NCBI GenBank assembly: GCA_026396805.1 | Contig: JAPLVZ010000004.1 | Span: 13,601-77,600 of the forward strand | Length of the DNA stretch: 64,000 bases | Direction: 5' to 3' | Origin: Candidatus Falkowbacteria bacterium | Lineage (GTDB): Bacteria > Patescibacteriota > Patescibacteriia > Patescibacteriales > UBA12465 | Shown: positions 47,507 through 59,654 of the stretch, in pieces | Layout of the letters: each line of letters starts with the position of its first letter | Position numbering within the stretch: position 1 is the stretch's first letter | Notes under the pieces: model-generated | Databases searched by the model: none | What the model saw: only the letters and a program-made list of their open reading frames with translations | What the model was told of the DNA's origin: nothing | Made by a program: the position numbers and the translations under genes

Positions 47507-49888
47507 CTATTGGCTTTCCTGATAATCCCAAACCGGACCGACGGAGAAAATCTTATTCTCCCCTTCCTGATGAACAATAAGTAATAATTTCAACCGGCTT
47601 AAATCTTCTTTTAAGGCGGTTTTTTGCGACGGCAATTTTATGGTCAGCTGTTTCTCTTTTACGGCCGCCGCTTCCGTCTTGAACTGTTTCGTGAAATCGG
47701 CGATGGCTTCGTTATCGGCGGTATTCAATTCTTCTCCTCCCAATTCTTTTTTGACAATCGCCTTCATTTTTTCCAGGCTGCCGGAAAAATTCTTGATGTC
47801 CTGTAAAGCCAGGCGCACTTCGGCGTCCAGTTGCAAGGCGGAAAACATTTGGGTCAGCATTGAGGCGTTGGCCAAAAGCTCACCGATGAGATCCAAATTA
47901 GGTTCGACGTAAGAATTTTCATTCCAGCGCGCCGCGTTATTAAGACCCAGGCTCTTCACGCTTGGGGCGGCGGAAAATTTATCCGGCGGCAATTGCAGAT
48001 TTATCCAAGCGGCGGCCGCCGTCCGAAGCGACTTATCTTGCCAAGCCGACGAGCGCGTAAAAAGAGGCAGATTCTCCCTATCCGTCGTCAGTAATATTTT
48101 CACCAAACTCAAGTTCGCCCAATAATTATTAAGATGCCAAATATCATTTTTCGCCAATTCCGATTGCAGGCCGCTCGCCGCCTGGCTATAGCCGGCATAA
48201 TTAGTATTCTCGTCAAAGTAATTGTTGTTGCTGATGGGATAAATCAAACCGATGACATCCAGCGCGAAACCATTACAGCGATTATAGATATTGTTTATTC
48301 GGCAAGCCGTAATATTATTTAACGTCGTCGTGGCTCTAAAGGCGCCAATCGCGGGAGAAGTTAAATGGCTAAAAATATAATTATTCGGCCAATATGATTC
48401 GGCCAGTAATTTAAAGCCGAGGCGCGGCTTCAAGGTCGCGTCGGTCTTGCTTAAGGCGCCGGATATTTCCGCGAAATTATAAGTTAGCACCTGGCGGCGT
48501 AATTTTTCCAGATTAGCGGCCGCGTCCTTGTTAGAATCGTCAAAAAGTTCCTCAATCTTATAATCATTTCCAAAAACGGCGCTTAAAGAATCGCGATAAT
48601 GGACATAATCCAAATCGGCGCGCAGGCCCGTGAAGAAAGACATGACTTTATAAATACGCGCCCATTTATTCTTTAGTCCCGGAAGTTCGGAAAAATCAAG
48701 CGCGATAAAGCTGGCCGCCGTCAGATTAACGCGCCAGTCGGCCACGTCCAATAAGCAAGCCGGACAATCCTTACCGCGGTAATTAAGCGGGAAGACGGAA
48801 TTGAGCCAGGCCGTGGTCAGATAAAAATTATTCAATTTAGCGTTTAATTTATAATCGGCGGGCACGGAAAATTCCGTATAATCGCGGTTATAGAGCAAGA
48901 CCGGAGACTTAAGCTTAACCTTCGCTTCGCGGATAAGCTTCACTTCCGCAAGCACATCCTCTTTTAAATAAGGCGGGGTAACGAAATAAAAACGTTCCGC
49001 GTCGACCGCGGTAAAAGCTCCAGTCCCGATCGCGGCGTTACTGGCGGCTAATTGCTCCACGGTCGGCTTCAAGAGCTCTAAGGCCACAGCAAAAAAGGCT
49101 GTTTCCAGGCGCTCTCCTTCCAAGATAGAATCGTTGATATTACCGATAGCCGCCAAGCGGGTTTCGTAGCGGTTCTTGGCGACGGTATACAGTTCTTTAT
49201 TTATGTCCCAGAGGTTATCATAAAAAACGTTCTCTTCCACATCCTTAAAAGTCTTTTTGAGAATATTCTGATAGTAATAAATCATGAAATCGGAAGTTAT
49301 CAAAAGCGGCAATTGTTTGGCGTCCAGAAGCAAATAGGCCGAATAAAAATCCGTCGCTTCTTTAGGCCAAGGATTATCAATCGTCGCGAACCCCTGCTTG
49401 TTAAGGTTATCTAAGGCCGGATCAAGGCTTAATTTTCGGGAAACGTCATAATAATTCATCACGTCAATCTTGATATTGAGCGGCAATTTATAATCATTTA
49501 ATTTAGGCGTAATGGTATTATCCGGAGCCTTATAAAAATCCGCGAACGAAAGATATTCTATCGCCAGAAGCGAGAAAGAGGAGGTGGCGACTGTCGTCGT
49601 CGCGGTGGCCGAGCCGTTTAAATCGGGAAGAACGGTCGGAATAATAACCGGTTCGCTCGTGGTCGCGACGGTGTCCGGATTCGTCGGAACGGTCCGAGGA
49701 GACATAAATTTCTTAACCGCGAAAAAGATGGCCGCGATAAAAACAAGGGCGGCTACAGCCAGGGCGGCAATGAGCAGAATTTTCTTCAGAGGCGACGGCG
49801 GAGAAGATAAGGGTGTTGGCGCGGGTAACGGCGCACCGCCGGTAGATCCCGGCTCCGACGAAATGATAGTGGGCTGATCGGAAAACAT
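47507..49888 (-). CDS. Membrane-anchored DUF3160-like surface protein
   Basis: Pro-rich N-terminus, TM helix, LITSD, L..AAAAW..L, YVEPN motifs. Confidence 0.65.
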   Translation of the reverse strand: MFSDQPTIISSEPGSTGGAPLPAPTPLSSPPSPLKKILLIAALAVAALVFIAAIFFAVKKFMSPRTVPTNPDTVATTSEPVIIPTVLPDLNGSATATTTVATSSFSLLAIEYLSFADFYKAPDNTITPKLNDYKLPLNIKIDVMNYYDVSRKLSLDPALDNLNKQGFATIDNPWPKEATDFYSAYLLLDAKQLPLLITSDFMIYYYQNILKKTFKDVEENVFYDNLWDINKELYTVAKNRYETRLAAIGNINDSILEGERLETAFFAVALELLKPTVEQLAASNAAIGTGAFTAVDAERFYFVTPPYLKEDVLAEVKLIREAKVKLKSPVLLYNRDYTEFSVPADYKLNAKLNNFYLTTAWLNSVFPLNYRGKDCPACLLDVADWRVNLTAASFIALDFSELPGLKNKWARIYKVMSFFTGLRADLDYVHYRDSLSAVFGNDYKIEELFDDSNKDAAANLEKLRRQVLTYNFAEISGALSKTDATLKPRLGFKLLAESYWPNNYIFSHLTSPAIGAFRATTTLNNITACRINNIYNRCNGFALDVIGLIYPISNNNYFDENTNYAGYSQAASGLQSELAKNDIWHLNNYWANLSLVKILLTTDRENLPLFTRSSAWQDKSLRTAAAAWINLQLPPDKFSAAPSVKSLGLNNAARWNENSYVEPNLDLIGELLANASMLTQMFSALQLDAEVRLALQDIKNFSGSLEKMKAIVKKELGGEELNTADNEAIADFTKQFKTEAAAVKEKQLTIKLPSQKTALKEDLSRLKLLLIVHQEGENKIFSVGPVWDYQESQ

Positions 49889-49926
49889 AAATTTATTTTA
49901 AATATTGATATCTTGAATATTGGTAT

Positions 49927-50883
49927 CTAGTTTAAATATTGAGCTTTATTTTTCTTATGTTCTTCATAAGTATGGGCGTAAATGACTTCATTTTTCCCCG
50001 GCGTAGTCAAAAAATAATAATAATCGGTCGCGAGCGGATAAATGGCCGCTTCGATCGCCAAGATTCCCGGATTACATATTGGCCCGGGCGGCAGGCCGCG
50101 ATACTTATAGGTATTATATGGGGAGTCGACTTCCAATTCCCGGCTGCTATGCTGAATATTATTATCGCCAAAAATATAAGATAAAGTCGCGTCGGATTGC
50201 AGACCCTGGCCTATTTCCAAACGATTCCAGAATATTCCGGAAATAATACGCGCGTCGCGATTATCCCCTGTCTGATAATCTATCGGCGCTTCTTTTTCAA
50301 TAATGGAGGCCATGGTGATGATGTTATAAATACTCTCCCCTTGCTTTTTGATATCCGAGCGCATCTTGTCTGTCAATTTATTATCAAAATTTTCCAGCAT
50401 CTTGGCAATCACATCCGCGACCGTGGAACTGGCGTAAATGCGATAAGTGTCCGGGAATAAATATCCCTCTAATCCGTAATATTTCGGTTTATCGGCCAAA
50501 AAAATAAATTTATCCGACCAATCCGGCAAGGCCGGTAAGGCCGGCAACTCTTTATTACGGCGATAATCAACCTGCGGGAAACCGGCGACTTTCAAGAATT
50601 CCTCGCTCGGCCATTTTCCTTGGCGTTCGAAATACTGGCCAATATCACGGCTGGTCCAGCCTTCTAATATTTGGATGGTTTCTTCTAATTTAGGGACAAT
50701 CGTCGGCACCGGTTGGCGATGCGTTAATTTATCTATCAGGCGGACAGCCAGCGGCGAAAAATTTTTTTCATTATCTATCACTAGCGCTTGATAAACAAAA
50801 CGGATATAAAATAAACTGATTACTAAAGCGGTCGCCAAGAAAACCGCGACGGCGAGGGAAAAATATTTTATCAATTTTTTCAT
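49927..50883 (-). CDS. mltG: Endolytic transglycosylase MltG
   Basis: LEGYLFPDTY, MASIIEKE, LQSDAT, SPYNTY..GLPPGPICNPG. Confidence 0.95.
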   Translation of the reverse strand: MKKLIKYFSLAVAVFLATALVISLFYIRFVYQALVIDNEKNFSPLAVRLIDKLTHRQPVPTIVPKLEETIQILEGWTSRDIGQYFERQGKWPSEEFLKVAGFPQVDYRRNKELPALPALPDWSDKFIFLADKPKYYGLEGYLFPDTYRIYASSTVADVIAKMLENFDNKLTDKMRSDIKKQGESIYNIITMASIIEKEAPIDYQTGDNRDARIISGIFWNRLEIGQGLQSDATLSYIFGDNNIQHSSRELEVDSPYNTYKYRGLPPGPICNPGILAIEAAIYPLATDYYYFLTTPGKNEVIYAHTYEEHKKNKAQYLN

Positions 50884-50938
50884 AAGTTAAGGCGGAAACT
50901 TATATAAACGTCCGCTAGGTTATTTGCCGGCTCTTGAA

Positions 50939-51460
50939 TTATTTTCCAGACGACTTCCGCCGCGCTTTTATTTCCGCGGCTGGCTGCGCCTTTAAGGCGG
51001 CGGCATTAGTAATTAATTGGGAACTGGCGCGAATTTTCTTACCGAGACCGTCGACCATTTTAATTTTGTATTTCCGGCAAATATCATATTCAGGCACATT
51101 AACGATATTATGGCGGTCGCCGCCATTAGCGAAAATATCCGGTTTTATTTTGGCTAGAGATTTTATAACCGGAATATGACCACTAGCTAATTTATAATCA
51201 TCAACCGATAAAAAAACCTCATCCACATCGCGCAAGGCTCTGATAATCGCCACTCTATCTTTTTCGGACATAAAAGGAACGCTGCCTTTTAGCGCCACCT
51301 GCCTATCATTATTAACGATGACCACCAGTTTATCGCCTAATTTTTTAGCTTTCTGAATCATTTCCAAATGCCCGGTATGGAGTGGATTAAAATAGCCGGA
51401 AACAGCCACAACGACCGGCTTGGTTGAATTTTTTTTCATTTTTTTCGCGGATTTTGACAT
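50939..51460 (-). CDS. Cytidylyltransferase-like (TagD/RfaE-II family) nucleotidyltransferase
   Basis: SGYFNPLHTGH (HIGH), KPDIFANGGDR. Confidence 0.85.
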   Translation of the reverse strand: MSKSAKKMKKNSTKPVVVAVSGYFNPLHTGHLEMIQKAKKLGDKLVVIVNNDRQVALKGSVPFMSEKDRVAIIRALRDVDEVFLSVDDYKLASGHIPVIKSLAKIKPDIFANGGDRHNIVNVPEYDICRKYKIKMVDGLGKKIRASSQLITNAAALKAQPAAEIKARRKSSGK

Positions 51461-51615
51461 AATAAAATAATGACGATTAACTGCTTATATTATAGCAAAT
51501 TAAGAGCCAAAATAAAAATCGTTAGTACGATTTATCGCCGACGCGATCAAATAAAAAAGACCGCTTAAGAACGGCCTTTAAAATATTAAATAAAACCGGA
51601 GTTGTTCCTTTGGGG

Positions 51616-52455
51616 TTATTCCTTTACCGGAGCGACAAAACCGTCAACCTTGGCGCGATCGCCGAAATCCTTAACCGCGGCCCGGCCGATTTCAAGCAAG
51701 CGACCAAGCTGCTCGGAATCTTTAGCGGAAACGATTATGTAGAAAGGATTGTTTGAATCAAAGCGTCCGCCAAATCCATGATCGCCCAAAGCGATTCCAG
51801 CCAAAGCTTTAACTTCTTTGGCCGGATACGCGTCGCTAAGACCGAGAGCGGCGGCCGAAGATAGAAATTGCGGCGGAAATTCGGTCCAATCAGAACAATT
51901 GAACTTCAAGGTTCCTTCCACTACCAAAGCGCGCTCATCATGAACCTGACTGCGGAATTTTCCGTGATCAATCGCCTCGTACTTATTACCGGTTTCAGCC
52001 GCTAATTCTTCTGCGCCTTTGTAGCCATACTTATCGCTATTAGCGTCTTCCGGATGCGCCATCTTGACGGCGCCACAACTCTCATGGCCGGTAATAGGGA
52101 GATTCTTACCTCTTAAAGCTTCAATCAGGATTTTCCTGTCGGCGTCGTCTAATAATATTCCTTCACCGGCTAAAGCGACTTTAGGTCCGCCGCTCTTGAC
52201 GCGTCCGTCAGAACATTCGAAACGGCAACCCGGGCAGTCTAATAAGCTAACTTTGCTGAAAGCGTCATTAAACCCCGGCAGATTCGGCAACAAGTCTTCA
52301 ATTCTTTTACCAGTTTTCAAGCCTTTAACAAGAAAATTTTCTTGAGACTCTGCCCAAGCGGAATTAAATAATTCTTCATGGTCATGATGTTCGTGTTGGC
52401 TTCCCATATTATTCATGTTTTTAATTTCGTGAGACATATGATTTATTGTATTCAT
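51616..52455 (-). CDS. Hypothetical protein with beta-carbonic-anhydrase-like metal motifs
   Basis: CSDGR and HESCGA; His-rich N-terminus. Confidence 0.55.
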   Translation of the reverse strand: MNTINHMSHEIKNMNNMGSQHEHHDHEELFNSAWAESQENFLVKGLKTGKRIEDLLPNLPGFNDAFSKVSLLDCPGCRFECSDGRVKSGGPKVALAGEGILLDDADRKILIEALRGKNLPITGHESCGAVKMAHPEDANSDKYGYKGAEELAAETGNKYEAIDHGKFRSQVHDERALVVEGTLKFNCSDWTEFPPQFLSSAAALGLSDAYPAKEVKALAGIALGDHGFGGRFDSNNPFYIIVSAKDSEQLGRLLEIGRAAVKDFGDRAKVDGFVAPVKE

Positions 52456-52483
52456 TTATAAAGTACTGCTATTTATAGGGGCA

Positions 52484-52927
52484 TTATTTATTATCCGTTC
52501 CCTTTAATCTCCGCCAGCGGCTGACCGCGCGCAGACGCGCCATTTCTTTTTCCAGTTTGGCGGCAACGGCGGTGAATTGAACGTCATCAACGTTTCTCGC
52601 CTCTTCCTTAAGCTTCTCGGCGCGCTGCTGCGCCTCTTTAATCATCTCTTCATCCAGTTCTTCGGCTCTTTCGGCGGTATCGGCTAAAATAACGACCTTA
52701 TCTTTTGTGACTTCTATGAATCCGCCGGAAACCGAGATTATTTCCGAACTGTTATCCGCGCGCTTAACTTCAATGACACCCGGCTTTAAAACCGAGACGA
52801 GCGGAATATGATCCGGCAGGACCGTTATTTCGCCGCTGGTCGTCGGGACGGTGATTTGTAGGATCTCCTGCGAAAGTACCACGCGCTCCGGCGTCACGAT
52901 TTCAAATTTTATAGTTTTTGGCGACAT
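52484..52927 (-). CDS. atpC: ATP synthase epsilon subunit
   Basis: FEIVTPER, GEITVLPDHIPL, SGGFIEV. Confidence 0.95.
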   Translation of the reverse strand: MSPKTIKFEIVTPERVVLSQEILQITVPTTSGEITVLPDHIPLVSVLKPGVIEVKRADNSSEIISVSGGFIEVTKDKVVILADTAERAEELDEEMIKEAQQRAEKLKEEARNVDDVQFTAVAAKLEKEMARLRAVSRWRRLKGTDNK

Positions 52928-52930
52928 AAA

Positions 52931-54349
<1,419 letters not shown>

Positions 54350-54399
54350 TAAATATTACTTTGAAAACTGAATATTGTTAAATTTAAGACCATAGTACC

Positions 54400-54669
54400 A
54401 TGAAAAAATTGGAAATTGGATTTGGAATCATGAGTCTTCTGACTGGGGCCGCACACTGTATTTTTAAAAATAACGAATTTGCAATCAGCGGAGTAGTGTC
54501 TCTTGTAACATTGGGGGTATTCCTTACCGCTTTTGTTATTATGGCTGCTATAAACGTCCCGAATCCAAAATGGGAGAAGTGGCTATTTTCTTCTTCCACG
54601 AATCTTGCACTGGGCATTTTAGGCCTAATCGGCTTTATAATGTACTGTATCTTCTATCGGGGGATATAA
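54400..54669 (+). CDS. Small 3-TM hypothetical protein inserted antisense between atpG and atpD
   Basis: 89 aa, three hydrophobic segments, own promoter and terminator. Confidence 0.6.
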   Translation: MKKLEIGFGIMSLLTGAAHCIFKNNEFAISGVVSLVTLGVFLTAFVIMAAINVPNPKWEKWLFSSSTNLALGILGLIGFIMYCIFYRGI

Positions 54670-54687
54670 GTGCAGACTACTTCACGA

Positions 54688-54711
54688 AAGCTCTACCAAA
54701 GAGCTTTTTTT
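54688..54711 (+). terminator. Terminator of the inserted ORF
   Basis: AAAGCTCT-ACCAA-AGAGCTTT followed by T tract. Confidence 0.7.
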
Positions 54712-55642
54712 ATTCCGCCAGCGCATTCGCTCCGGCCGAAATTTCCGCGATTTCCGCGGTAATGCCGGCTTGGCGGGCTTTATTATAAAATAGCGTTAAT
54801 TCACTGACCATATCGTTAGCGGCTTCAGTGGCTTGATGCATCGCCGTCATGCGCGCGCTGTGTTCGGAAGCGTTCGCTTCCAAAAACGCCTGATATAACT
54901 GAATTTCCAGAAGCCGCGGAATCATCATGTCCAGAACTTCCCGCGGCGACGGCTCAAAAGTATATTCAATTAAAGGCGCGCCGGGTTCGATCCCCGGAGA
55001 TACTTCGGATTCGGTCTTGTCCGTCGGGCTGGCGGCGCCTAAATATGAATCAATCTTTTCCGTTTTCACCGGAAGTAACTGTTTAACGCGCGCAATCTGT
55101 TTTGCCGGATTGACAAAATCGGTGTAAGCGACAAAAATTTTATCGTACTTGCCGCTCAAATAATCGTTTAAAGCCATCTTGACGATCGGATAAATATCAT
55201 TAACATCGTTTAAGATATCATTTTTTTCAAATTCAGCCGTTACTAAATGGCCATGCTGATGGACGGACGCGCCTTTCTTGCCGGCCAAAATAAAATCGGT
55301 CTTAACATCGGAATATCTCTTTAGAGATTGCTCAGCTTTATTTATAACCGCGGTGTTATAACCGCCGCACATACCGCGATTAGAAGTTATTAAAATAACG
55401 GCCGCTGTTTTTACTTCTCGCCGCGGCGCCAAGAGCGGATGAGCCTCATCGTTCTTGGATTTTTCTAAGACCGCCAGACGCAAAACCGTCTCCCAGCTCA
55501 ACGAAGCATAGCGCCTGGTCTTTAAAACCGCTTCAATCGCTTTTCTCATTTTGGCCGCCGCGACCATTTCCATCGCTTTCGTAATTTTCTTGGTGCTGGT
55601 GACGGATTTGATGCGGCGGGAGATTTCTTTGGTCTTGGCCAT
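54710..55642 (-). CDS. atpG: ATP synthase gamma subunit
   Basis: KITKAMEMVAAAK, SNRGMCG, SEHSARM, RQAGITAEI. Confidence 0.97.
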   Translation of the reverse strand: MAKTKEISRRIKSVTSTKKITKAMEMVAAAKMRKAIEAVLKTRRYASLSWETVLRLAVLEKSKNDEAHPLLAPRREVKTAAVILITSNRGMCGGYNTAVINKAEQSLKRYSDVKTDFILAGKKGASVHQHGHLVTAEFEKNDILNDVNDIYPIVKMALNDYLSGKYDKIFVAYTDFVNPAKQIARVKQLLPVKTEKIDSYLGAASPTDKTESEVSPGIEPGAPLIEYTFEPSPREVLDMMIPRLLEIQLYQAFLEANASEHSARMTAMHQATEAANDMVSELTLFYNKARQAGITAEIAEISAGANALAE

Positions 55643-55645
55643 ACT

Positions 55646-57169
55646 TTATTTTATCAGATAATCTACAGTTGCTTTATAGTCTTCAATCAACTTTTTCAAA
55701 CTGGTTTCAACTTCCGCGTCTATTTCCTTTTTGGTTTCAATCGCTTTCAAAACGGCATCGTTTAAATCGGCATATTTATACAGACCGGCTTCAAATTCTT
55801 TAATCTTTTCGACCGGAACATTATCCATAAAACCGTTGATGAGGGCGTAATAAACGGCCACCTGCTTAGCTACGGACAACGGCTGATACTGATCCTGCTT
55901 GAAAATTTCGTATAAGCGTTTGCCTCTTTCCAGTTTCTTTCTGGTATCCGCGTCCAAGTCCGATCCGAACTGAGCGAAAGCCGCAAGTTCGCGATATTGA
56001 GCCGCTTCCAAACGCATCTTGCCGGCGACTTTTTTCATCGCTTTTATCTGCGCCGAAGAACCGACGCGAGAAACGGACAAACCGGCGTTAACGGCCGGAC
56101 GATTGCCTTTATAAAATAGGTCCGGTTCCAAGAAAATCTGGCCGTCGGTAATGGAAATGACGTTAGTCGGGATATAAGCGGATAAATCTCCGGCCTGGGT
56201 CTCAATAATCGGCAGAGCCGTAATCGAACCGCCGCCGAAATCTTTATTTAATTTACAAGCGCGTTCCAGCAAGCGGGAATGAAGATAAAAAACATCGCCC
56301 GGATAAGCTTCGCGTCCCGGCGGACGGCGGAGTAGCAGTGAAATTTCGCGATAAGAAACGGCGTGCTTGGATAAATCATCATAAATAATCAGCACATCTT
56401 CGCCTTTATCCAAAAAGTATTCCGCCATGGCGCAACCGGCGTAAGGCGCGATATATAATAGCGAGGCGGAAGTGGAAGCGCCGGCCAACACCACGGTCGT
56501 ATAATTCATCGCCCCGGCTTCAGTCAATTTCGTGACGAGATTGGCTACCTTTGATTCCTTCTGACCGATAGCGACATAGATACATTTCATGTTCTGGCCT
56601 TTCTGATTGATGATAGTATCTATCGCCAAAGCGGTTTTGCCTAATTGGCGGTCGCCGATGATAAGTTCTCTCTGGCCGCGACCGATCGGAATCATGGCGT
56701 CAATGGCTTTGATGCCGGTCTGAACCGGTTCTTTGACGCCAGTACGAGTAATGACGCCGGGAGCGATCTTTTCAATCGGATAAAATTTCGCGGCTTCAAT
56801 TTTGCCTTTACCGTCCATAGGTTCGCCGAGCGGATTAACGACCCGGCCAATCATGTTTTCGCCGACCGGAACTTCCAAAATTCTTTTGGTCGCGATTACC
56901 TCATCGCCTTCCTTAATCGCAGTATAGTCGCCAAGAATGATGGCTCCGACCTGGTTTTCCTCAAGATTCAAGGCCACGCCGGTGACTTCAACGGTTTCGG
57001 TCTTAAAGATCAAGATTTCGCTCATCATCGCTTCGGCTAAGCCGGAAACTAGCGCGATGCCATCGGAAACTTTCAAAACTTTTCCGACTGATTTTTCGCT
57101 AATTTCAGCTTTGAAACCGGATATTTCTTCTTTAAGTTGGGCGACAATGAAATCCTTTGTAGTTGACAT
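55646..57169 (-). CDS. atpA: ATP synthase alpha subunit
   Basis: [40 protein letters not shown]. Confidence 0.98.
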   Translation of the reverse strand: MSTTKDFIVAQLKEEISGFKAEISEKSVGKVLKVSDGIALVSGLAEAMMSEILIFKTETVEVTGVALNLEENQVGAIILGDYTAIKEGDEVIATKRILEVPVGENMIGRVVNPLGEPMDGKGKIEAAKFYPIEKIAPGVITRTGVKEPVQTGIKAIDAMIPIGRGQRELIIGDRQLGKTALAIDTIINQKGQNMKCIYVAIGQKESKVANLVTKLTEAGAMNYTTVVLAGASTSASLLYIAPYAGCAMAEYFLDKGEDVLIIYDDLSKHAVSYREISLLLRRPPGREAYPGDVFYLHSRLLERACKLNKDFGGGSITALPIIETQAGDLSAYIPTNVISITDGQIFLEPDLFYKGNRPAVNAGLSVSRVGSSAQIKAMKKVAGKMRLEAAQYRELAAFAQFGSDLDADTRKKLERGKRLYEIFKQDQYQPLSVAKQVAVYYALINGFMDNVPVEKIKEFEAGLYKYADLNDAVLKAIETKKEIDAEVETSLKKLIEDYKATVDYLIK

Positions 57170-57192
57170 ACGTTTATACTAAATATTTATGT

Positions 57193-57594
57193 TTAATTAC
57201 TAATTTTATTTTTTAAGCTGTTTAAGCTGTTCTTTAAACTTCCGTCCAAAACCTTGCTGCCGTATCTTAAAACAAATCCGCCGATTAAATCCTTATCAAT
57301 ATTTTCCTCTAAAATAATTTTGGCCGCGTCCGTTTTAGTTTTTAAATAATCCACCACAGTCTCGCGAGCGGTCGGACCTAATTCGCGCGCGCTCTCAAGC
57401 GTCGCGACCACTTCGCCGTGTTCCTGATTCCAAATCTCAAGAAACGCGGTGACAATCGCCACTTCTTTATTTAATTCTCTGTTCTTTCCTAAAATCGCGA
57501 CAAAACTTTTCAAAATCGCCTTCACTTCCTTTTCGGATTTGCCGGCCACTGAATCAAACAAGCTCTGCGCGTATTGTTGAGCGGATATCTTCAT
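57193..57594 (-). CDS. atpH: ATP synthase delta subunit (short)
   Basis: QYAQSL, LIGGFVLRYGSKVLDGS; operon position. Confidence 0.85.
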   Translation of the reverse strand: MKISAQQYAQSLFDSVAGKSEKEVKAILKSFVAILGKNRELNKEVAIVTAFLEIWNQEHGEVVATLESARELGPTARETVVDYLKTKTDAAKIILEENIDKDLIGGFVLRYGSKVLDGSLKNSLNSLKNKISN

Positions 57595-57598
57595 TTAA

Positions 57599-58087
57599 TT
57601 ATTTCACCAATTTCTTTATTAACTCTCTATCTTTATCCCCATTCATCTTCTCATTTAATAATTTCTCCACCGTCAGAATAACCAGCTCGGCCACTTCTTT
57701 CTTAATCTCTTTTAAGGTCTCGGCCTTTTCTCTGATAAGTTTCGCTTTTTCATTATTGATAACCTGGCCGATTTCTTCTTTCGCTTTGACGATTAATTCT
57801 CCTTTTCTGACCTCACCGCGCTTATCCGCTTCTTCAATGATCAGATTGGCCTGCTTCTTGGCGGCGGTGATAATCTCGGCGCGTTCTCTCTCGGTCAGAG
57901 CCAAACGCTTTTCAATCGCGTCGGCGTCTTTTAAACTTTTATCGATTTTCTCGGAACGATCGGCCATGACTTTAACTAAGGGCTTAAAGGCGAAAAAATA
58001 CAAAACAAAAAAGACGATCGCGAAATTAATCAGCTGGGCGACCAGCAGCCTGACATACATGTGAAAAGTTGAAATTACTGATTCCAT
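57599..58087 (-). CDS. atpF: ATP synthase b subunit
   Basis: QLINF..F.FKP, coiled coil; operon position. Confidence 0.93.
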   Translation of the reverse strand: MESVISTFHMYVRLLVAQLINFAIVFFVLYFFAFKPLVKVMADRSEKIDKSLKDADAIEKRLALTERERAEIITAAKKQANLIIEEADKRGEVRKGELIVKAKEEIGQVINNEKAKLIREKAETLKEIKKEVAELVILTVEKLLNEKMNGDKDRELIKKLVK

Positions 58088-58141
58088 ATTTATGTCTGAT
58101 AATAATCTAGGCTTTTAATAATAATCTAGCGCTTTCTCCCG

Positions 58142-58170
58142 TCCGCCGTCCGCCAACCGGCGGAGGCGGA
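58142..58170. repeat. REP-like nested GC palindrome between atpE and atpF
   Basis: TCCGCC-G-TCCGCC-AACC-GGCGGA-GGCGGA. Confidence 0.75.
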
Positions 58171-58192
58171 TCAGGAAAAATCCGTCAAATTA

Positions 58193-58453
<261 letters not shown>

Positions 58454-58464
58454 TTAAATTTTAA

Positions 58465-59280
58465 TTAATATTCTTCTTGGGTGGTGTTAATCGTCAGATA
58501 TGTCAAAATTAACATCGCAAAAATCAAAGCCTGAATCAAGCCGACCAGAACTTCCAAAAACATAAACGGAATCGGAACCCCGTAGGCTAGAATAGCTGAC
58601 ATCGACGCGAGCAAAACTTCACCGGCGAAAACATTGCCGAATAAACGAAAAGACAGGCTGGCGACTTTCGCCAACTCGCCGACAATTTCGATTATTCCGA
58701 CAAAAGCCTTAATCGGATTGACTAATAAAATCATCGGATCCTTCCTTATTTTCTTCGGTATTTCCAAAAACGCCTTGATATTAATGAACTTATTCAAATA
58801 TTTCCACCAGCCTACGGCCAAAACTCCCATAATATGGCTCAACACGACGCCTAAGGAAGCTAGGGCTAAAGTCGTATTTAAATCAGCCGTGCCGCCGCGC
58901 AGGTAAGGAATAAAAATTTTCTCGCCGTGCAGAGCGGCAATCTGGCCGATAGAGCCGACGCCGGGCAAAAGACCCATCCAGTTATTGATAAGGATGAAAA
59001 AGAAAAAGGCCAGGACGACCGGCGCGAATTGCAAAGATTTTTTACGGTTGCCGGTGACGCCGTCAAACATTCCTAAAAACCCCTCAATAATCATTTCTAA
59101 AGCGTTCTGCAGGCCGGTCGGGACTTTCTTGATATTGCGGCTGATTAGTAATCCCAAGATCACGATAATCACCAAAGCCACGGTCGAAGTCGCCAGCGCG
59201 TTGGTAATCGGAAAATTTCCGATTTGAGCGATCGGCTCGGCGTATAAAGTATTTTCATGAATAATTTCTTCTCCGGCCAT
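58465..59280 (-). CDS. atpB: ATP synthase a subunit
   Basis: NNWMGLLP, TADLN, SLSFRLFGN, IQALIF. Confidence 0.97.
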   Translation of the reverse strand: MAGEEIIHENTLYAEPIAQIGNFPITNALATSTVALVIIVILGLLISRNIKKVPTGLQNALEMIIEGFLGMFDGVTGNRKKSLQFAPVVLAFFFFILINNWMGLLPGVGSIGQIAALHGEKIFIPYLRGGTADLNTTLALASLGVVLSHIMGVLAVGWWKYLNKFINIKAFLEIPKKIRKDPMILLVNPIKAFVGIIEIVGELAKVASLSFRLFGNVFAGEVLLASMSAILAYGVPIPFMFLEVLVGLIQALIFAMLILTYLTINTTQEEY

Positions 59281-59294
59281 TTTTTTAAGCTAAA

Positions 59295-59564
59295 TTATTT
59301 TTGTCTGACCGCTTTCAGTTTCTCTTCTTTATCCGCGGCGTATTCTCTTTCGATTTTTTTAAATTCTTTTAAAGCGTTGATGGCTAAACCGTAAATGGAA
59401 ATAAGGAAACAAACGCCGATAGTCGCCAAAAACAGCCAGGGCTCGGTTCCGAAGCGTTCATCCAGCCACCTACCAAGAAACAACCCGATAATGACCGGAA
59501 AAGCAATCCAGCCTGAAATGTTAGCCATAACTTTTAAGGCTACGCTCCAGGATTCATTCTTCAT
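59295..59564 (-). CDS. atpZ: AtpZ/AtpI (gene 1) family membrane protein
   Basis: GLFLGRWLDERFGTEPW; first gene of the atp operon. Confidence 0.8.
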   Translation of the reverse strand: MKNESWSVALKVMANISGWIAFPVIIGLFLGRWLDERFGTEPWLFLATIGVCFLISIYGLAINALKEFKKIEREYAADKEEKLKAVRQK

Positions 59565-59654
59565 ATGTTTAAAATGTTTTTAACAACTCATTTATAGCGC
59601 AAAAACCCCTAAGTGTCAACCCTCCGTTTTTTAGAGCCGAGGTCTGTTTTCAGG

